Below are positions 47,635 to 56,391 of a stretch of DNA of 64,000 nucleotides, piece by piece. The first letter of the stretch is position 1. Every line of letters starts with the position of its first letter. The position numbers and the translations under genes were made by a program. This DNA is from Candidatus Micrarchaeota archaeon (GTDB lineage Archaea > Micrarchaeota > Micrarchaeia > Anstonellales > Bilamarchaeaceae), in contig JBFLYM010000002.1 in NCBI GenBank assembly GCA_040757035.1, positions 4,300 to 68,299 on the forward strand. Reading direction: 5' to 3'. The notes beneath the pieces are model-generated. The model had not been told where the DNA came from and did no database searches. It saw only the letters and a program-made list of their open reading frames with translations.

Positions 47635-47739
47635 AGGTTCGTTCGTAACAGTTCGTTTTTCTTCATATCCTTAATCAATTCAACAAAATCCGCTGCATTC
47701 TCTTTTTTCTTTTCTTTGTTTTCGTCGCTTTCATTTGCA

Positions 47740-47787
47740 TTCTGGCAATTGTGGCATAGTAGCTGTTTGCCGGTATTTGCCAATATT
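47740..47787. repeat. 48-bp direct repeat, left copy, flanking the AlbA_2 gene
   Basis: ttctggcaattgtggcatagtagctgtttgccggtatttgccaatatt matches 49120-49168 with 3 mismatches. Internally palindromic (tggcaa/ttgcca, ggca/tgcc). Confidence 0.85.
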
Positions 47788-47815
47788 TAAAAATACTTAG
47801 TATTAAAAATATATC

Positions 47816-49120
47816 ATGAAGCTAACCGAATCTCAGCATGCTGAATTTAAGGAAAGTCTTGCTAATCTTGATGCTATTGTAATTAGTGTGGTAGCCTTTG
47901 CGAATAACGGTGGCGGTAAAATATATATTGGAATAAAGGATGATGGAACAATAAAGGGTATTGATGTCGGAAAAAATACAATTGAAAATCTGGCTGCTGT
48001 AATCACAAAAAATACTGAGACAGCAATACTGCCAAGGATTTATATTGAAGGAATTGAAAAAAAAATCATAATAGTCGTTGAAGTTGAAGAAAGCTCGGCC
48101 AAACCTCATTTTTATCGTAAAATTGCATATAAAAGGGTTGGAAAATCCAATATTCAAATGGACATTTTAGAAATAAAACAAATGATCTTAGATCAATCTG
48201 AACGTAGTTTTGATGAAAGCCTTTTTGAGTTTGATTTATCAGAAATTAATACCTCTGTTTTCAATCGGTTCCTGGAAAAATGTAAGCAGAGCGGTAGATT
48301 AAACGTCAAAGAAGATGCGAGTTTAGAAGATCATATTGAAAAGTTGGGCGCATTAAAAGAAAGAAAGGTAAAATTAGGATTTTTACTAATGTTTGCTCAA
48401 AACCCAACCCATTTTCTTCCTCATTTTGGGGTAAAACTTGCAAAAATATCTTCACAAACATTTTCAATTGGTTCGCTTGAACGCAGTATATTTTATACCG
48501 AATCAATATTCAGAGTGATAGATGAGATAGTATTTGAAATAGTCAAAGAACTACCTAAAAGAGTGTACTTAGATGGCTCCAAACGTATAGAAGAACCTAT
48601 AATTCCAACTTCAGCAATTAGAGAATTTGTAGCCAATGCTTTGGTTCATTGTGATTATAGGATTGCATCATCTATTTCGATTTTGCTTACCCCAACTTGT
48701 TTAGAAATATCCAACCCAGGCAGATTGATGGGTTTGAAAATCCAGGATCTTTACAAAAAACACCGCTCAATACTTCGTAATCCATTTCTTGCCAGATTAA
48801 TGTTCCTTTCAGGAGATATTGAAGAATGGGGATCTGGAATTGAAAATGCAAATATAGCTGTACTAAAATCTGGCCTAAGTTTGCCACAATTCAATGTTAA
48901 TTCTGGTTTTTTCAGCGTACGAATAAATTTTGGTACTTCTCAAATTTCTGCTTCGGATAAAATTATCAAAATGCTCAAAGCAGGTCCATTAAGTAGTAAA
49001 CAAATAGCCAAAAAACTAGATATTGCAGACCGAACCGTGAGGGCGGAATTAAAGAAACTTGTGGATTTGGAAGCAATAAAAAAACAGCGAAAAGGTCGCA
49101 AAATTACCTATAAAATTTGA
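47816..49120 (+). CDS. AlbA_2 (Schlafen-like) + HATPase_c_4 + C-terminal HTH protein (putative DNA-binding/regulatory ATP-binding protein)
   Basis: N-terminal ESQHAEFKESL...AFANNGGGKIYIGIKDDGTIKGIDVG matches the AlbA_2 domain signature. C-terminal KQIAKKLDIADRTVRAELKKL is an HTH. Confidence 0.65.
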   Translation: MKLTESQHAEFKESLANLDAIVISVVAFANNGGGKIYIGIKDDGTIKGIDVGKNTIENLAAVITKNTETAILPRIYIEGIEKKIIIVVEVEESSAKPHFYRKIAYKRVGKSNIQMDILEIKQMILDQSERSFDESLFEFDLSEINTSVFNRFLEKCKQSGRLNVKEDASLEDHIEKLGALKERKVKLGFLLMFAQNPTHFLPHFGVKLAKISSQTFSIGSLERSIFYTESIFRVIDEIVFEIVKELPKRVYLDGSKRIEEPIIPTSAIREFVANALVHCDYRIASSISILLTPTCLEISNPGRLMGLKIQDLYKKHRSILRNPFLARLMFLSGDIEEWGSGIENANIAVLKSGLSLPQFNVNSGFFSVRINFGTSQISASDKIIKMLKAGPLSSKQIAKKLDIADRTVRAELKKLVDLEAIKKQRKGRKITYKI

Positions 49121-49168
49121 TTCTGGCAATTGTGGCATAATAGTTGTTTGCCAGTATTTGCCAATATT
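49120..49168. repeat. 48-bp direct repeat, right copy
   Basis: See 47740-47787. Begins at the stop codon of the 47816-49120 gene. Confidence 0.85.
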
Positions 49169-49173
49169 CAGAT

Positions 49174-50418
49174 TTATGAGAGCCGTTTTTTATAATCAGA
49201 ATATCCAAATTTTCGCACTATGCGCAAGTTTTCTTTACCGTTTAGTTTATGCGGATTGTAAATAGCAATTGAAGGATGCCTTACACCATTAAACATTGTT
49301 GTTTTCACCATGGAGTAATGCGCCATATCCAGAAAAACCAGCTTATCTCCAACACCGAGAGGTTTTGCAAACGAATAATCCCCGATTATATCTCCAGCAA
49401 GGCAGGTCACTCCAGTTAATTGATAGGTATATTTTTGTTCGCCTGGTTTTCCAGCCCCAATAATTTCTGGGCGATAGGGCATCGCAAGCACATCAGGCAT
49501 ATGAGCTTCTGCAGAAGTGTCCAATATCGCAATTTTCATTTTGCTTTTGATTATTACATCTAAAACGCTTGCTACGAGCACACCCGCATTAAGCGCAACC
49601 GCTTCGCCTGGTTCAAGATAAACTTGCACAGAATATTTTTTCTTAAAATCGTTTATTGTTTTGCATAACAAATCAACATCGTAATCATTCCTTGTGATAT
49701 GATGACCGCCACCAAAATTTATCCATTTCATTTCAGAAATATAATTTTTGTACAATTTTTCAAACGATTTCAAAACGCGCACAAGTACATCTGAATTTTG
49801 TTCGCATAACGCATGAAAATGCAGTCCGTCTATTTTTGAAGCAATCTCGTCCAAATCCTCGCATTCGAGGTCTTCTGGTCGCACACCGAGCCTTGAACCT
49901 GGAACGCATGGATTGTAAAGCCTTGTTTTTATCTCAGAATATCCTGGATTTACCCTGAGTCCAACTTCTATTTTTTTTCCCAATTTTTTTTCAGATTCGG
50001 TTATCGCATCGCGATATTTTTTCCATTGCGAAATTGAGTTGAAAATTATGCAATTAGAATAGCGAATTACTTCATCCATGTCGCGTTTAGAATAAGCCGG
50101 CGCAAATGTATGAACTTCTTTTCCAAATTCTTCTTTGCCGAGTCGCGCTTCAATCGCTCCGCTTGCGCACACGCCATCAAGATATTTTTTTATTAATGGA
50201 AAAGTGGAATGCATCGCAAATGCTTTCAGAGCAAGAAAAATTTTTGTATTTGTACGCTTCCGAACCGAACTCAAAATTTTCAAATTCTTTTTCAGCAAAT
50301 CTTCATTCACGATAAAGCATGGCGTTTCTATTTTATCTGTAATTTTTTTCGGGAAATTTTCTAATTCCCTGATATTGAACTTATCTGCGTTCATAGTTTC
50401 ATTCATAGTTTTATTCAT
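49174..50418 (-). CDS. nspC: carboxynorspermidine/carboxyspermidine decarboxylase (PLP-dependent)
   Basis: FLALKAFAM PLP-lysine motif, GGG..HHITRNDYD and the overall fold II decarboxylase layout of NspC. Confidence 0.75.
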   Translation of the reverse strand: MNKTMNETMNADKFNIRELENFPKKITDKIETPCFIVNEDLLKKNLKILSSVRKRTNTKIFLALKAFAMHSTFPLIKKYLDGVCASGAIEARLGKEEFGKEVHTFAPAYSKRDMDEVIRYSNCIIFNSISQWKKYRDAITESEKKLGKKIEVGLRVNPGYSEIKTRLYNPCVPGSRLGVRPEDLECEDLDEIASKIDGLHFHALCEQNSDVLVRVLKSFEKLYKNYISEMKWINFGGGHHITRNDYDVDLLCKTINDFKKKYSVQVYLEPGEAVALNAGVLVASVLDVIIKSKMKIAILDTSAEAHMPDVLAMPYRPEIIGAGKPGEQKYTYQLTGVTCLAGDIIGDYSFAKPLGVGDKLVFLDMAHYSMVKTTMFNGVRHPSIAIYNPHKLNGKENLRIVRKFGYSDYKKRLS

Positions 50419-51641
50419 TACAGAAGTTTTCCTTTGAACTCAATTTGCTGCCATTTGAGTCCATATTTATTAAGCGCTTCCATGAACATATCAGGATCCA
50501 ATTGTTCAACATTAAACACGCCTGCTCCTTTCACTTTCCATACGCCTTTGAGTACTAACATCGCACCTATCATTGCAGGAACTCCTGTAGTATAAGAGAC
50601 CGCTTGCGCCTGAACTTCTTTGTATGCTTCTGCGTGATCGCACATATTATAGATATACGTTTTCTTTTTTTTGCCGTCTTTGGTAATACCGTCAAATATA
50701 CATCCTATTACCGTTTTGCCAGTGTAGTTCACGCCAAGCGAAGCCGGATCAGGAAGTAGAGCCTTCAAGAATTTCAGCGGTACTATTTTTTTACCTTCAA
50801 AATCAATTTCATCTATTCGCGTCATCCCGATATTCTGAAGTACTCGCAGATGCGTTAAATAATTTTCAGAGAACGTCATCCAAAATCGTATGCGCTTCAA
50901 TCCGCGTATGTTTTTTATAAGCGATTCCAGTTCTTCATGATAAAGGAGATAACTTTCTTTTGGACCAACTACTGGATAATCGAACGAAAAATGCACGCTT
51001 TTAGGATTTAGTATTGGCGGTGTTTCAATCCATTTGCCGTTTTCCCAATGCTTTACTATTTGTGTGACTTCGCGAATATTTATTTCGGGATTAAAATTCG
51101 TTGCAAATGGGTGGCCATGACTACCGGCGTTGCAATCTAAAATATCTATGTTCGTTATCTCTTTATAGATATGCTTTTGCGCGTATGCACAAAAAACATT
51201 TGAAACACCTGGATCAAAACCACAACCAAGCACTGCAATTATTCCTCTTTTTTTGAATTTTTCTTGGTACGCCCATTGCCAACTATACTCAAAATGCGCT
51301 TCATCAGGTGGCTCATAATTTGCCGTGTCCAGATAGTGCACTCCTGTTTCAAGGCATGCGTCCATTATAGTTAAATCTTGGTAAGGAAGCGCGACGTTGA
51401 TTACTATGTCCGGTTTGAATTTATTTATAAGTTTGATTAATTCGGGAACTTTATCAGCGTCAACTTGCGCGGTTTTTATTTTTCTACCTGTATTTTTTTC
51501 TATTTCGGCAGCTATTTTATCGCATTTTTCCACAGTTCTGCTGGCGATGCAGATTTCGGTAAAAACTTCAGGAACCTGCACGCATTTTTTTGCAACAACA
51601 TTTCCAACTCCGCCTGCACCAATAATTAATACTCTTCCCAT
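50418..51641 (-). CDS. carboxynorspermidine synthase/dehydrogenase (saccharopine dehydrogenase family)
   Basis: MGRVLIIGAGGVGNVVAKK NAD(P) fold and saccharopine-DH C-terminal domain. Overlaps the nspC start. Confidence 0.75.
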   Translation of the reverse strand: MGRVLIIGAGGVGNVVAKKCVQVPEVFTEICIASRTVEKCDKIAAEIEKNTGRKIKTAQVDADKVPELIKLINKFKPDIVINVALPYQDLTIMDACLETGVHYLDTANYEPPDEAHFEYSWQWAYQEKFKKRGIIAVLGCGFDPGVSNVFCAYAQKHIYKEITNIDILDCNAGSHGHPFATNFNPEINIREVTQIVKHWENGKWIETPPILNPKSVHFSFDYPVVGPKESYLLYHEELESLIKNIRGLKRIRFWMTFSENYLTHLRVLQNIGMTRIDEIDFEGKKIVPLKFLKALLPDPASLGVNYTGKTVIGCIFDGITKDGKKKKTYIYNMCDHAEAYKEVQAQAVSYTTGVPAMIGAMLVLKGVWKVKGAGVFNVEQLDPDMFMEALNKYGLKWQQIEFKGKLL

Positions 51642-51747
51642 ATTTTGTTCACCAGAATTAATATTTGCGATTTAACTTGTTAATTCGCATATAATTCGCA
51701 TATGAAAGTTTTTAAACAGGATAGATAAAAAAGATATATAAAAATAA

Positions 51748-51845
51748 TATACCGATCCACTAAAAAAACGTGGATCGCATATACGCAACCTGTCGAGATA
51801 AAACCTAAAAAACAAAACCGGAAAAACTTAGTGGGTTGCGTATAT
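51748..51845. repeat. 98-bp nested-hairpin repeat, copy C (family R1) with compensatory stem substitutions
   Basis: Same architecture as copies A and B, but the outer stem is acgcaacc/ggttgcgt instead of actcaacc/ggttgagt. A paired T>G / A>C change preserves the hairpin. Confidence 0.85.
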
Positions 51846-51928
51846 GATGAAATTGGATGATGAAATTAGTAGGACCGGTGGTTGGTTTAATAGTTGACTT
51901 GATGGCGAGATTAATGATGGGTTAATGG

Positions 51929-53398
51929 TTGGTTATTTTGATTAATTCTAAAAATTGTTCCAAGGATTTGTATTTTGAGCATATAAAAAAACAAATGCAC
52001 AACGGCGAAAAACTTGCATCATCTAGTTCAATGAAAGAAATGAACATAGGTGCGATTTCAGAAAAAGATGAAGGTAAAACTGTTACTATTGCAGGTTGGA
52101 TACATTCATTGAGAGAAATAGGAACTATTAGTTTTCTAACATTGCGCGACTCCAGCGGTAAAATTCAGGTCAAACTCTCCAAATCTCTTAAGTTCTCTAA
52201 ACCAAATAAATCAAACAACAAATCAGAAGAAGAATTAGAAAGAGAGAAAGAAGGAGAGAGTGTTGAATTAGTAGGAGAAAGCACTGAACTAGATAGAGAA
52301 AGCGCCGTACAGATGTGCGGAAAAGTAAGAAAAGACGCTCGCGCACCGAACGGAATAGAACTTGAAGCGCAAAGCGTGAAAGTACTTGGAAAGATTTATC
52401 AGTTGCCACCATTTTACCCTTTACAAAAAAACGAGCCTAATCTTAATGTAAGACTTGACAATAGATCACTCGACTTGCGTGGAGAAAGAACACGCGCGAT
52501 TTTCAATATACGCGCAGCGCTTGAAAGCGGATTTAGAGATGCGGTTATCGCACTTAATTTTGAGGAAATAAACCCAGCGTGTATAGTTAGTTCTTCAACC
52601 GAAGGAGGCGCACAATTATTTAAGATTGATTATTTTGACCGACCGGCGTTTTTGGCACAAAGCCCGCAATTTTATAAACAGCTTGCGGTAATAGGCGGAA
52701 TGGAGCGCGTTTTTATGACCATGCCTGTTTTCAGAGCCGAAAAACACGAAGGTCCGTTTCATATAAACGAAATTCATCAAATGGATATAGAAATCGCATT
52801 CGCTGATGATGGCGATGCAATAGCGTTACTTTCTGAAGTTTTTTTGCACATGCTCGGGTCGGTAAAGGAAAACAATGAAAACGACCTAAACTCGCTCAAT
52901 GTTAAAATGAATGTCCCGAATAAGGCTTCGCTGTACACATATTCGGATTTGGTTGAAACGCTTTCTGCAAACGGCGAAAAAATAACATGGGGCGAGGATT
53001 TTTCAAGGGAGCATGAAATGAAAATTTGCGAATTTGCGAAAAACGATGTTGTAATAGTAAAAGATTATCCAACCGCGATGCGTGCCTTCTATTCAATGCC
53101 TTATAAAGATAATCCAAAAATATGCAAAGCGTACGATCTTATATACAAAGGACTTGAAGTTGCTTCGGGCGCGCAGCGTATTCATGTTCCTGAATTGCTT
53201 AAAAAACAAGCGCTCGCAAAAGGCATGGATTTAGAAAGCCAAAGTCTTGCTTCTTACATTAGCGCGTTCAACTACGGCGCACCACCGCATGCTGGCTGGA
53301 GTATGGGTTTGGATAGAATAACCATGCAGGTGTGTGGATTGGATAACATACGAGAAGCAGTGATGTTCCCGCGCGACAAACAACGCGTTAAACCGTAG
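51929..53398 (+). CDS. aspS: aspartyl-tRNA synthetase (archaeal/eukaryal type)
   Basis: Class II motifs FRAE (motif 2) and GAPPHAGWSMGLDR (motif 3). N-terminal OB domain interrupted by a ~45-aa low-complexity K/E/S-rich insertion. Probable start near 52031. Confidence 0.85.
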   Translation: MVILINSKNCSKDLYFEHIKKQMHNGEKLASSSSMKEMNIGAISEKDEGKTVTIAGWIHSLREIGTISFLTLRDSSGKIQVKLSKSLKFSKPNKSNNKSEEELEREKEGESVELVGESTELDRESAVQMCGKVRKDARAPNGIELEAQSVKVLGKIYQLPPFYPLQKNEPNLNVRLDNRSLDLRGERTRAIFNIRAALESGFRDAVIALNFEEINPACIVSSSTEGGAQLFKIDYFDRPAFLAQSPQFYKQLAVIGGMERVFMTMPVFRAEKHEGPFHINEIHQMDIEIAFADDGDAIALLSEVFLHMLGSVKENNENDLNSLNVKMNVPNKASLYTYSDLVETLSANGEKITWGEDFSREHEMKICEFAKNDVVIVKDYPTAMRAFYSMPYKDNPKICKAYDLIYKGLEVASGAQRIHVPELLKKQALAKGMDLESQSLASYISAFNYGAPPHAGWSMGLDRITMQVCGLDNIREAVMFPRDKQRVKP

Positions 53399-53437
53399 TT
53401 AAAATGTTTTAAATATTGCGCAATACAAATTTCAATT

Positions 53438-54031
53438 ATGTCAATTGTAATTGAAATATTTGTAAATTTTTTTTCTGCGCTCATTTACTTACTTATTATA
53501 ATAGATCCGTTTGCGAGCCTTCCAATATTCGCAACTCTTACTCGAAAAATGACTGATTCAGAAATGCGTTTCTGCGCAAATCAAGCAGTGTTTATTGCAG
53601 GAGCACTCGCTTTGTTGTTCATATTTGCAGGCACTCAAATACTTTCTTTAATACAAGTAGATCTTCAATCATTTAAAATAGGAGGTGGAATAATTCTTGG
53701 TCTTCTTGGTCTTGAAACTGTGTTTGGATTTAGCTTTTCGAACAATGCAAAAAATAAGAATAACGCAATCATAACTCTCATCGCAACTCCATTGCTTACT
53801 GGACCCGGCCTTATAACTTCGCTTATAGTAATGACAAATGAGCAAGGTTATGTAATTCCGCTGACAGCAACCATTTCCGCACTTTATATTTCATTACTAA
53901 TACTTGAAAATTCGGCCAGGATAAGCAAAAAGCTTGGTTCTGGAACAATTAATATTATCACTAGAGTTTTTGGCTTATTTTTAGTTGCACTTGGAGTTTC
54001 TTATATACGCGCAGGTATTATCGCTACATAG
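53438..54031 (+). CDS. MarC-family (UPF0056) integral membrane protein
   Basis: 197 aa, six TM helices, N-terminal IIDPFASLPIF motif. Confidence 0.65.
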   Translation: MSIVIEIFVNFFSALIYLLIIIDPFASLPIFATLTRKMTDSEMRFCANQAVFIAGALALLFIFAGTQILSLIQVDLQSFKIGGGIILGLLGLETVFGFSFSNNAKNKNNAIITLIATPLLTGPGLITSLIVMTNEQGYVIPLTATISALYISLLILENSARISKKLGSGTINIITRVFGLFLVALGVSYIRAGIIAT

Positions 54032-54101
54032 TATCCAATGCTTTTTTGATAAATCTCGAACGGAAAATTTTTCGTCGCGAAGAGAGATATGGAGAAAAAA
54101 T

Positions 54102-54153
54102 TTGTTCAGACTTACGACCATTTTCGACTATTTTTGGTCGGTTTTCTGAACAA
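54102..54153. repeat. 52-bp palindromic direct repeat, left copy, flanking ATPase paralog 5
   Basis: ttgttcagacttacgaccattttcgactatttttggtcggttttctgaacaa. Nested inverted repeats ttgttcaga/tctgaacaa and cgacca/tggtcg. Matches 55381-55432 with 1 mismatch. Confidence 0.9.
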
Positions 54154-55342
54154 AACCAAGAACAATAAGCGCATCGTCGTTCATGACAACTCCTTTCTTT
54201 CCTTCGAATTGAGAGGTTCCTTTGGAACTTCCACCTATTTCGAACAAAACAGTTTTCTCACCAATTTTAACTAGATAATCAGGAACTTTTCTCATTTTTT
54301 TAGGTATGAAAATTGGAAATCCGAGTTCGGAAATGTGAAAGACAAAATATTCTTCTCGCAGTGCACCCAATTCCGCTTCGCGCATGAGTTGGTCTGCAAA
54401 AGCCGAACGTAGATTCGGATGCGAAAAAATCAGTTTAACCGTTGCCTTTGCTTTTGCTTTCGGGGAGTCTTCTTCTATATATCTTATTATCCCCAATTCG
54501 TACAACATGCGTGCGGCCTCATAAACCGTTGATTTTGCATATCCGCTCATTAAGGAGAATGAAGTATAACTAAATTCTCCTGGTTTGGATGATGCCAAAA
54601 AAGAAAGAAGTCGTTCTGCAACATCAACCTTGTTTTCACTAAGGCTGAATTCTGCGAGTGCGTCTTCGTATATCATTTTTTTCATGAGTCGGAATATCGC
54701 ATCTTTTGCCGAAATTCCAGACGGAAATCCGCCTAAATTCAAGTATGTTCGATAATGTTTTTCAATATCCGGATGAGCCGCAAGCCAGTGTATTGTATTT
54801 TTTTTATCCACTGCTTCTTCTAAACTGGCAGAATAATCCGCACAATCCAAAATGTAAACAAATTCGCGGAAAGTTAGCGGGGACAGGGGCATTTCGATTG
54901 CCCGACGCCCTAACGTTATCGCGCCTTTTTTCAACGCAGCTGTAGAAGACCCAGAAACTACAATCGTCAAATCAAAATTATCACAAATATTTTTCAGTTC
55001 GTTTATCCATCTCACGTATTGATGAATTTCGTCTATGAATATTATCTTGTATCCGTTTCTGTATAAATGCTCTATAGTATTATAAAGACCTTCGGATTTG
55101 ATTAGCACAGAATCTGCTGAAAAATAAAAAGATTCTTTATATTCGTCGAACAATTGAATAAGAAGAGTGGTTTTTCCAATTCCTCGTATTCCAGGAACGA
55201 TTATTACTGGTTTCTTCATATTTTGCCCTTTGAATTCCTCAATAAGGCGTTTTAGTTTCGGATATAATAAGCGCTTCCTATAATCCTTTACAAGTAAGGT
55301 ATTTTCCACGGCTACTCGATAGAGTTTTTCTATTTCGATCAT
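54128..55342 (-). CDS. AAA+ ATPase (COG1373-like), paralog 5
   Basis: GIRGIGKTTLL Walker A and FIDEIHQ Walker B. Last 8 codons and stop lie inside the left 52-bp repeat. Confidence 0.7.
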   Translation of the reverse strand: MIEIEKLYRVAVENTLLVKDYRKRLLYPKLKRLIEEFKGQNMKKPVIIVPGIRGIGKTTLLIQLFDEYKESFYFSADSVLIKSEGLYNTIEHLYRNGYKIIFIDEIHQYVRWINELKNICDNFDLTIVVSGSSTAALKKGAITLGRRAIEMPLSPLTFREFVYILDCADYSASLEEAVDKKNTIHWLAAHPDIEKHYRTYLNLGGFPSGISAKDAIFRLMKKMIYEDALAEFSLSENKVDVAERLLSFLASSKPGEFSYTSFSLMSGYAKSTVYEAARMLYELGIIRYIEEDSPKAKAKATVKLIFSHPNLRSAFADQLMREAELGALREEYFVFHISELGFPIFIPKKMRKVPDYLVKIGEKTVLFEIGGSSKGTSQFEGKKGVVMNDDALIVLGFVQKTDQK

Positions 55343-55380
55343 ATCAAAATATATACCGTATTTATTTTTAATTCTTTCTT

Positions 55381-55432
55381 TTGTTCAGACTTACGACCAT
55401 TTTCGGCTATTTTTGGTCGGTTTTCTGAACAA
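55381..55432. repeat. 52-bp palindromic direct repeat, right copy
   Basis: See 54102-54153. Confidence 0.9.
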
Positions 55433-55468
55433 ATGATTAGCTTTTCCGTTCGCAATAGATAAAAAATC

Positions 55469-56026
55469 TTATAATATAAAAACCGCAACCGCAATTACTG
55501 TATTCCACATTCCGTTTTTATCGCATATCGCTGATTGAGTGATATTTGTGGTTCTAACAATTTCTTTGCTCATTTTGAAATATTTTTCTTTTTCGTTCCA
55601 CGCTTGAGCTGGATTAAATGGAATGCCAAGTGTGGTTGCAAGCATTGAAGCCGCAAGATCTTCTGAGTACTCTCCTGCTTTTTCATCTGTTTGCCCATAT
55701 GCATGATGCTCGCTTAGATAGCCATATTTTTTCTTATCTTTTGGAAGAGCACAACCAATGCTTGCAGCTATAAGTCTGTTTGGTTCATCCGATGCAATTC
55801 TTGCCATCACACAGAAAATTACTTGACCCGCTTTTAGTTGTTTTAATCCTCTTTCTTTTGAAATAGTTTTGCATCCAGGCGGAAAAATACTTGAAACACT
55901 GACAATATTAAATTGAGCTATACCCGCATCGCGCAATGCACTCTCAAATGAAGAAAGTGTATCCCGACCTTTTCCCACACCTTTCGTAAGAAACATTTTT
56001 TTCGGTACAAGTACCATAAGAACCAA
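55469..56026 (-). CDS. pdaD: pyruvoyl-dependent arginine decarboxylase
   Basis: VPKKMFLTKGVGKGRDTLSSFESALRDAGIAQFNIVSVSSIFPP matches the PdaD N-terminus including the Ser-Ser self-cleavage region. Confidence 0.8.
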   Translation of the reverse strand: MVLMVLVPKKMFLTKGVGKGRDTLSSFESALRDAGIAQFNIVSVSSIFPPGCKTISKERGLKQLKAGQVIFCVMARIASDEPNRLIAASIGCALPKDKKKYGYLSEHHAYGQTDEKAGEYSEDLAASMLATTLGIPFNPAQAWNEKEKYFKMSKEIVRTTNITQSAICDKNGMWNTVIAVAVFIL

Positions 56027-56037
56027 ATATTTAGGAA

Positions 56038-56340
56038 CTAGCCAAAAAGGTTTGCTAGTCCTTCGGCTGCTTGTTCTTCCTTTTTCGCTTTATCTTCTTC
56101 TGGTTTTTCCTCTTTTTTGGTTTCTGTTGTTGTTGCTGGTGCAACTGTAGCCACGCTTGCATTTTTGAGAAGCTCTTCTATATTTGTATCTTTTGTTGCA
56201 TCAACAAGTAGTTTCACTTTTGCGTTGTCAATCTCAATTCCGGACGCATTAAGTACAGAGATTATATTTGATTCATTTATCTCTTTTCCTGCCCCATAAA
56301 GAAGCAATACTGCGTGCAAATATGGATCTATTTTTGTCAT
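56038..56340 (-). CDS. rpl12: 50S ribosomal protein P1 (L12)
   Basis: LLLYGAGKEINESNIISVLNASGIEID and an acidic/Ala-rich C-terminal tail ending GLANLFG. Confidence 0.9.
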   Translation of the reverse strand: MTKIDPYLHAVLLLYGAGKEINESNIISVLNASGIEIDNAKVKLLVDATKDTNIEELLKNASVATVAPATTTETKKEEKPEEDKAKKEEQAAEGLANLFG

Positions 56341-56391
56341 GTATCATTCACCTACCTTTGCTTATTTTTATCTTTTGTTATTTATCTTTTA

